Positions 62,220 to 64,000 of a stretch of DNA of 64,000 nt are shown here, piece after piece. Each line of letters starts with the position of its first letter. The first letter of the stretch is position 1. Source of the stretch: an uncultured Candidatus Peribacteria bacterium (lineage in GTDB: Bacteria; Patescibacteriota; Gracilibacteria; UBA1369; LOWO2-01-FULL-3); contig CAYHGX010000005.1 of assembly GCA_964356355.1 (NCBI GenBank), positions 495 to 64,494 of the forward strand, given 5' to 3'. The position numbers were made by a program, and so were the translations under genes. The notes beneath the pieces are model-generated. The model was not told where the DNA came from and did no database searches. It worked only from the letters and a program-made list of their open reading frames with translations.

Positions 62220-64000
62220 CTAGTTTTTATTCTCACAGACCCGGCCCGGCTTGTTATTTTCTAAATAGGGCAGCCAGTGGGCAAAAATACCGCTTCCGTT
62301 GGGGGTGACTTGGGCGAGAAAATCACTCCATTGCACTCCCTGCTCCTTAAGTATTGATTTGAGCTTTTCTACTTTGTTCCAAGCAACTGCGGTGTAGTCG
62401 CCTCTCTTTTGTCCCTCTTGGAGGTCTACCTCAAACACCTCTTTTAGTTGAGGAAATTTTTCTTTCGGGAGGTGCCAACGCTCAGCGAAATCTTCGATGA
62501 ATCTTCCAAGCTTAGAATTCATAAAAATGTCAGTATTGCTTTTTATGCGCCAATTTAGCATTGCGTTGTAGGCCTTGGGATCTGTGAGACGGAGGCTATA
62601 AAAGTCAGAACCAAGTGAGGCAACTAAAATGGTGTAAGGATGGTAGGTGTCAACGGGTTTGGTGCTTGGGAAGGCTACCGTGAGGAGTAGTTCATCACTT
62701 CCCTCCTCATATTGGCTGGGACGGACACCCTCCCACTCTAGCATATTCATGAGGTGTAGAATCTCATGGAAAAGAGTTTGCACCAGCTGATCCTCGGTGT
62801 AGGCAGTAACCACAACTTTATTTGTGTCTGCTGTTCCCCAATAGTTATCTGGTCGGCCGCTGTGTTGGTATTTAAATGTTTTTCCTTTTTGCGCTTTGGC
62901 CAATCTGTTGGCCATCGCCTGTGGGTCTGCTCCAGTGGCCTTAGCTAAACGAGCGAAGGCTTGGGCAAGCACCTGCTGCCGCTCTTGAGTGATCCAGGAA
63001 GCTTTTATATCATTGGAATATTCAGTGCGTTTTATGTTAAGGGCATCAGTAAATACTTTCACCTCTTCAGCGCTGGGGACATTGGCTTCTATTTGTTGAT
63101 CAAGTACTTCCTGGTGGGCACTGCGATCTTTATAGATCTGCTGATAGGTACGGATTTGCTGCAGATACTCAGAAAGGTTTTTGAGCACTTCCGGATCATC
63201 CACGGTCTCATTATGATGGTTGGCAAAAAAATTGGCGTGAATTTTTGGCGTACCATCTTCACAAACTGCTATGTAATCATCTCTGCCTGAGTAAACAAGA
63301 GGAGAAAGAGCAACATCTGTAATGTTATTAGACTCATCTATTTTGCCGGTGAATAAAATATCGCTAACTATTAACATGGATTTGTCGTGTGAGGGGTCCA
63401 AGGTTTGTGCCTCCTGAATACAGGCTGAATCATCTCCACGTCTAAAACTACTATTACTCGAATCATACCTATCAATCAGAAGCGAAAAGGTACCATCTGG
63501 CCGGATACTTGCTAGATCGGTATCGGAATAGAAGTCATTGGTGCGTGGTAATGATGTGGCACTGAATGAGGCTGTGTCCTGAGCGCTATCTGAATTGGTT
63601 TGGCAGTCGTAATCTGTGGAGCTGTCTTTATAGAAATCTACCGTAATGCCAAGTGGACGACCAATTTGCACCTGAACCTCCGGGGAATGAAAAGTTGTAG
63701 TTCGCGCTTCTACTATGTCTTTAAGCCTTTCAGTTTTTCCTTTTAAAACATCCTTGAGTCTGTTTGGCCCTACTACAGCAGAGACTTCGGACTCAAAGTC
63801 TTCAAGGCGATTGTGCCGCGTAGTCTCAACTAAAACACCCGTGCCTACTAGACCAAGAACTGCCATGACAACTCCGCCAATATTTTCGCGGAGCGCCTTA
63901 AGGGCTTTGAATTTGTAGGCTTCTGGGGTTGTTTTTGCATTGCCGTCTTTGGCGAGCGCGATTCTGCGACGCAAAGATTCTACTTTTTGGTTCGCTTCAC
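62220..64000 (-). CDS. Hypothetical membrane-anchored protein with an HExxH motif; 5' end may lie outside the window
   Basis: The frame stays open to nt 64000, and the listed M at 63974 is a TTG. TM helix GGVVMAVLGLVGTGVLV. LFHEILHLMN is a possible zinc-metallopeptidase motif. Confidence 0.6.
   Translation of the reverse strand, partial: EANQKVESLRRRIALAKDGNAKTTPEAYKFKALKALRENIGGVVMAVLGLVGTGVLVETTRHNRLEDFESEVSAVVGPNRLKDVLKGKTERLKDIVEARTTTFHSPEVQVQIGRPLGITVDFYKDSSTDYDCQTNSDSAQDTASFSATSLPRTNDFYSDTDLASIRPDGTFSLLIDRYDSSNSSFRRGDDSACIQEAQTLDPSHDKSMLIVSDILFTGKIDESNNITDVALSPLVYSGRDDYIAVCEDGTPKIHANFFANHHNETVDDPEVLKNLSEYLQQIRTYQQIYKDRSAHQEVLDQQIEANVPSAEEVKVFTDALNIKRTEYSNDIKASWITQERQQVLAQAFARLAKATGADPQAMANRLAKAQKGKTFKYQHSGRPDNYWGTADTNKVVVTAYTEDQLVQTLFHEILHLMNMLEWEGVRPSQYEEGSDELLLTVAFPSTKPVDTYHPYTILVASLGSDFYSLRLTDPKAYNAMLNWRIKSNTDIFMNSKLGRFIEDFAERWHLPKEKFPQLKEVFEVDLQEGQKRGDYTAVAWNKVEKLKSILKEQGVQWSDFLAQVTPNGSGIFAHWLPYLENNKPGRVCENKN

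Noticed and set aside
1-64000. Alternative genetic code (UGA recoding, as in some candidate phyla)
   Set aside because: All conserved genes are full length under the standard code. TGA is used as a genuine stop, for example at the end of the M23 peptidase gene at 11040-11042.

Overview
This is a gene-dense, moderately AT-rich bacterial window with about 60 protein genes and 3 tRNAs. It reads cleanly with the standard genetic code.

Housekeeping islands are interleaved with cell-envelope and surface loci and many orphan hypotheticals. The housekeeping genes are cspA, typA, rpmA, nth, secE-nusG-rplK-rplA, tmk-like/dut, folD-purF-purD, a tyrA-pheA fusion, maf and rpsT.

Several traits resemble a CPR/Patescibacteria-type monoderm, but that is inference and not something the sequence proves:
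- a secretin-less type IV pilus operon with a fused PilM-PilN;
- VirB2/TrbC-like pilin hairpin modules;
- three SLH proteins and giant PKD-repeat proteins;
- almost no Shine-Dalgarno motifs;
- a recurring TTGACT-17-TAGAAT promoter.

The main observations are:
1. A 12.5-kb, eight-gene, tightly packed minus-strand operon (24981-37475). It combines two paralogous proteins built from three tandem pilin-like two-helix hairpins, a 1678-aa PKD giant carrying the same hairpin at its N-terminus, a 771-aa polytopic PKD protein, three small membrane proteins and an SLH/beta-helix protein. No T4SS machinery lies nearby.
2. A roughly 9.5-kb type IV pilus operon (12726-22247) with tandem major-pilin paralogs and a 614-aa pilin fused to an LVIVD beta-propeller.
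3. A diverged segmental duplication at 57.0-59.9 kb. It leaves a relic of the HAD phosphatase 3' end and a perfect 22-bp inverted repeat, part of which also occurs inside rpsT.
4. A possible L1-binding rRNA mimic between rplK and rplA.
5. A frameshifted ArsR-type gene and a 49-aa lmo0937-type ORF that is missing from the ORF track.

I saw no CRISPR array, transposase, integrase, rRNA or recognisable defence system.
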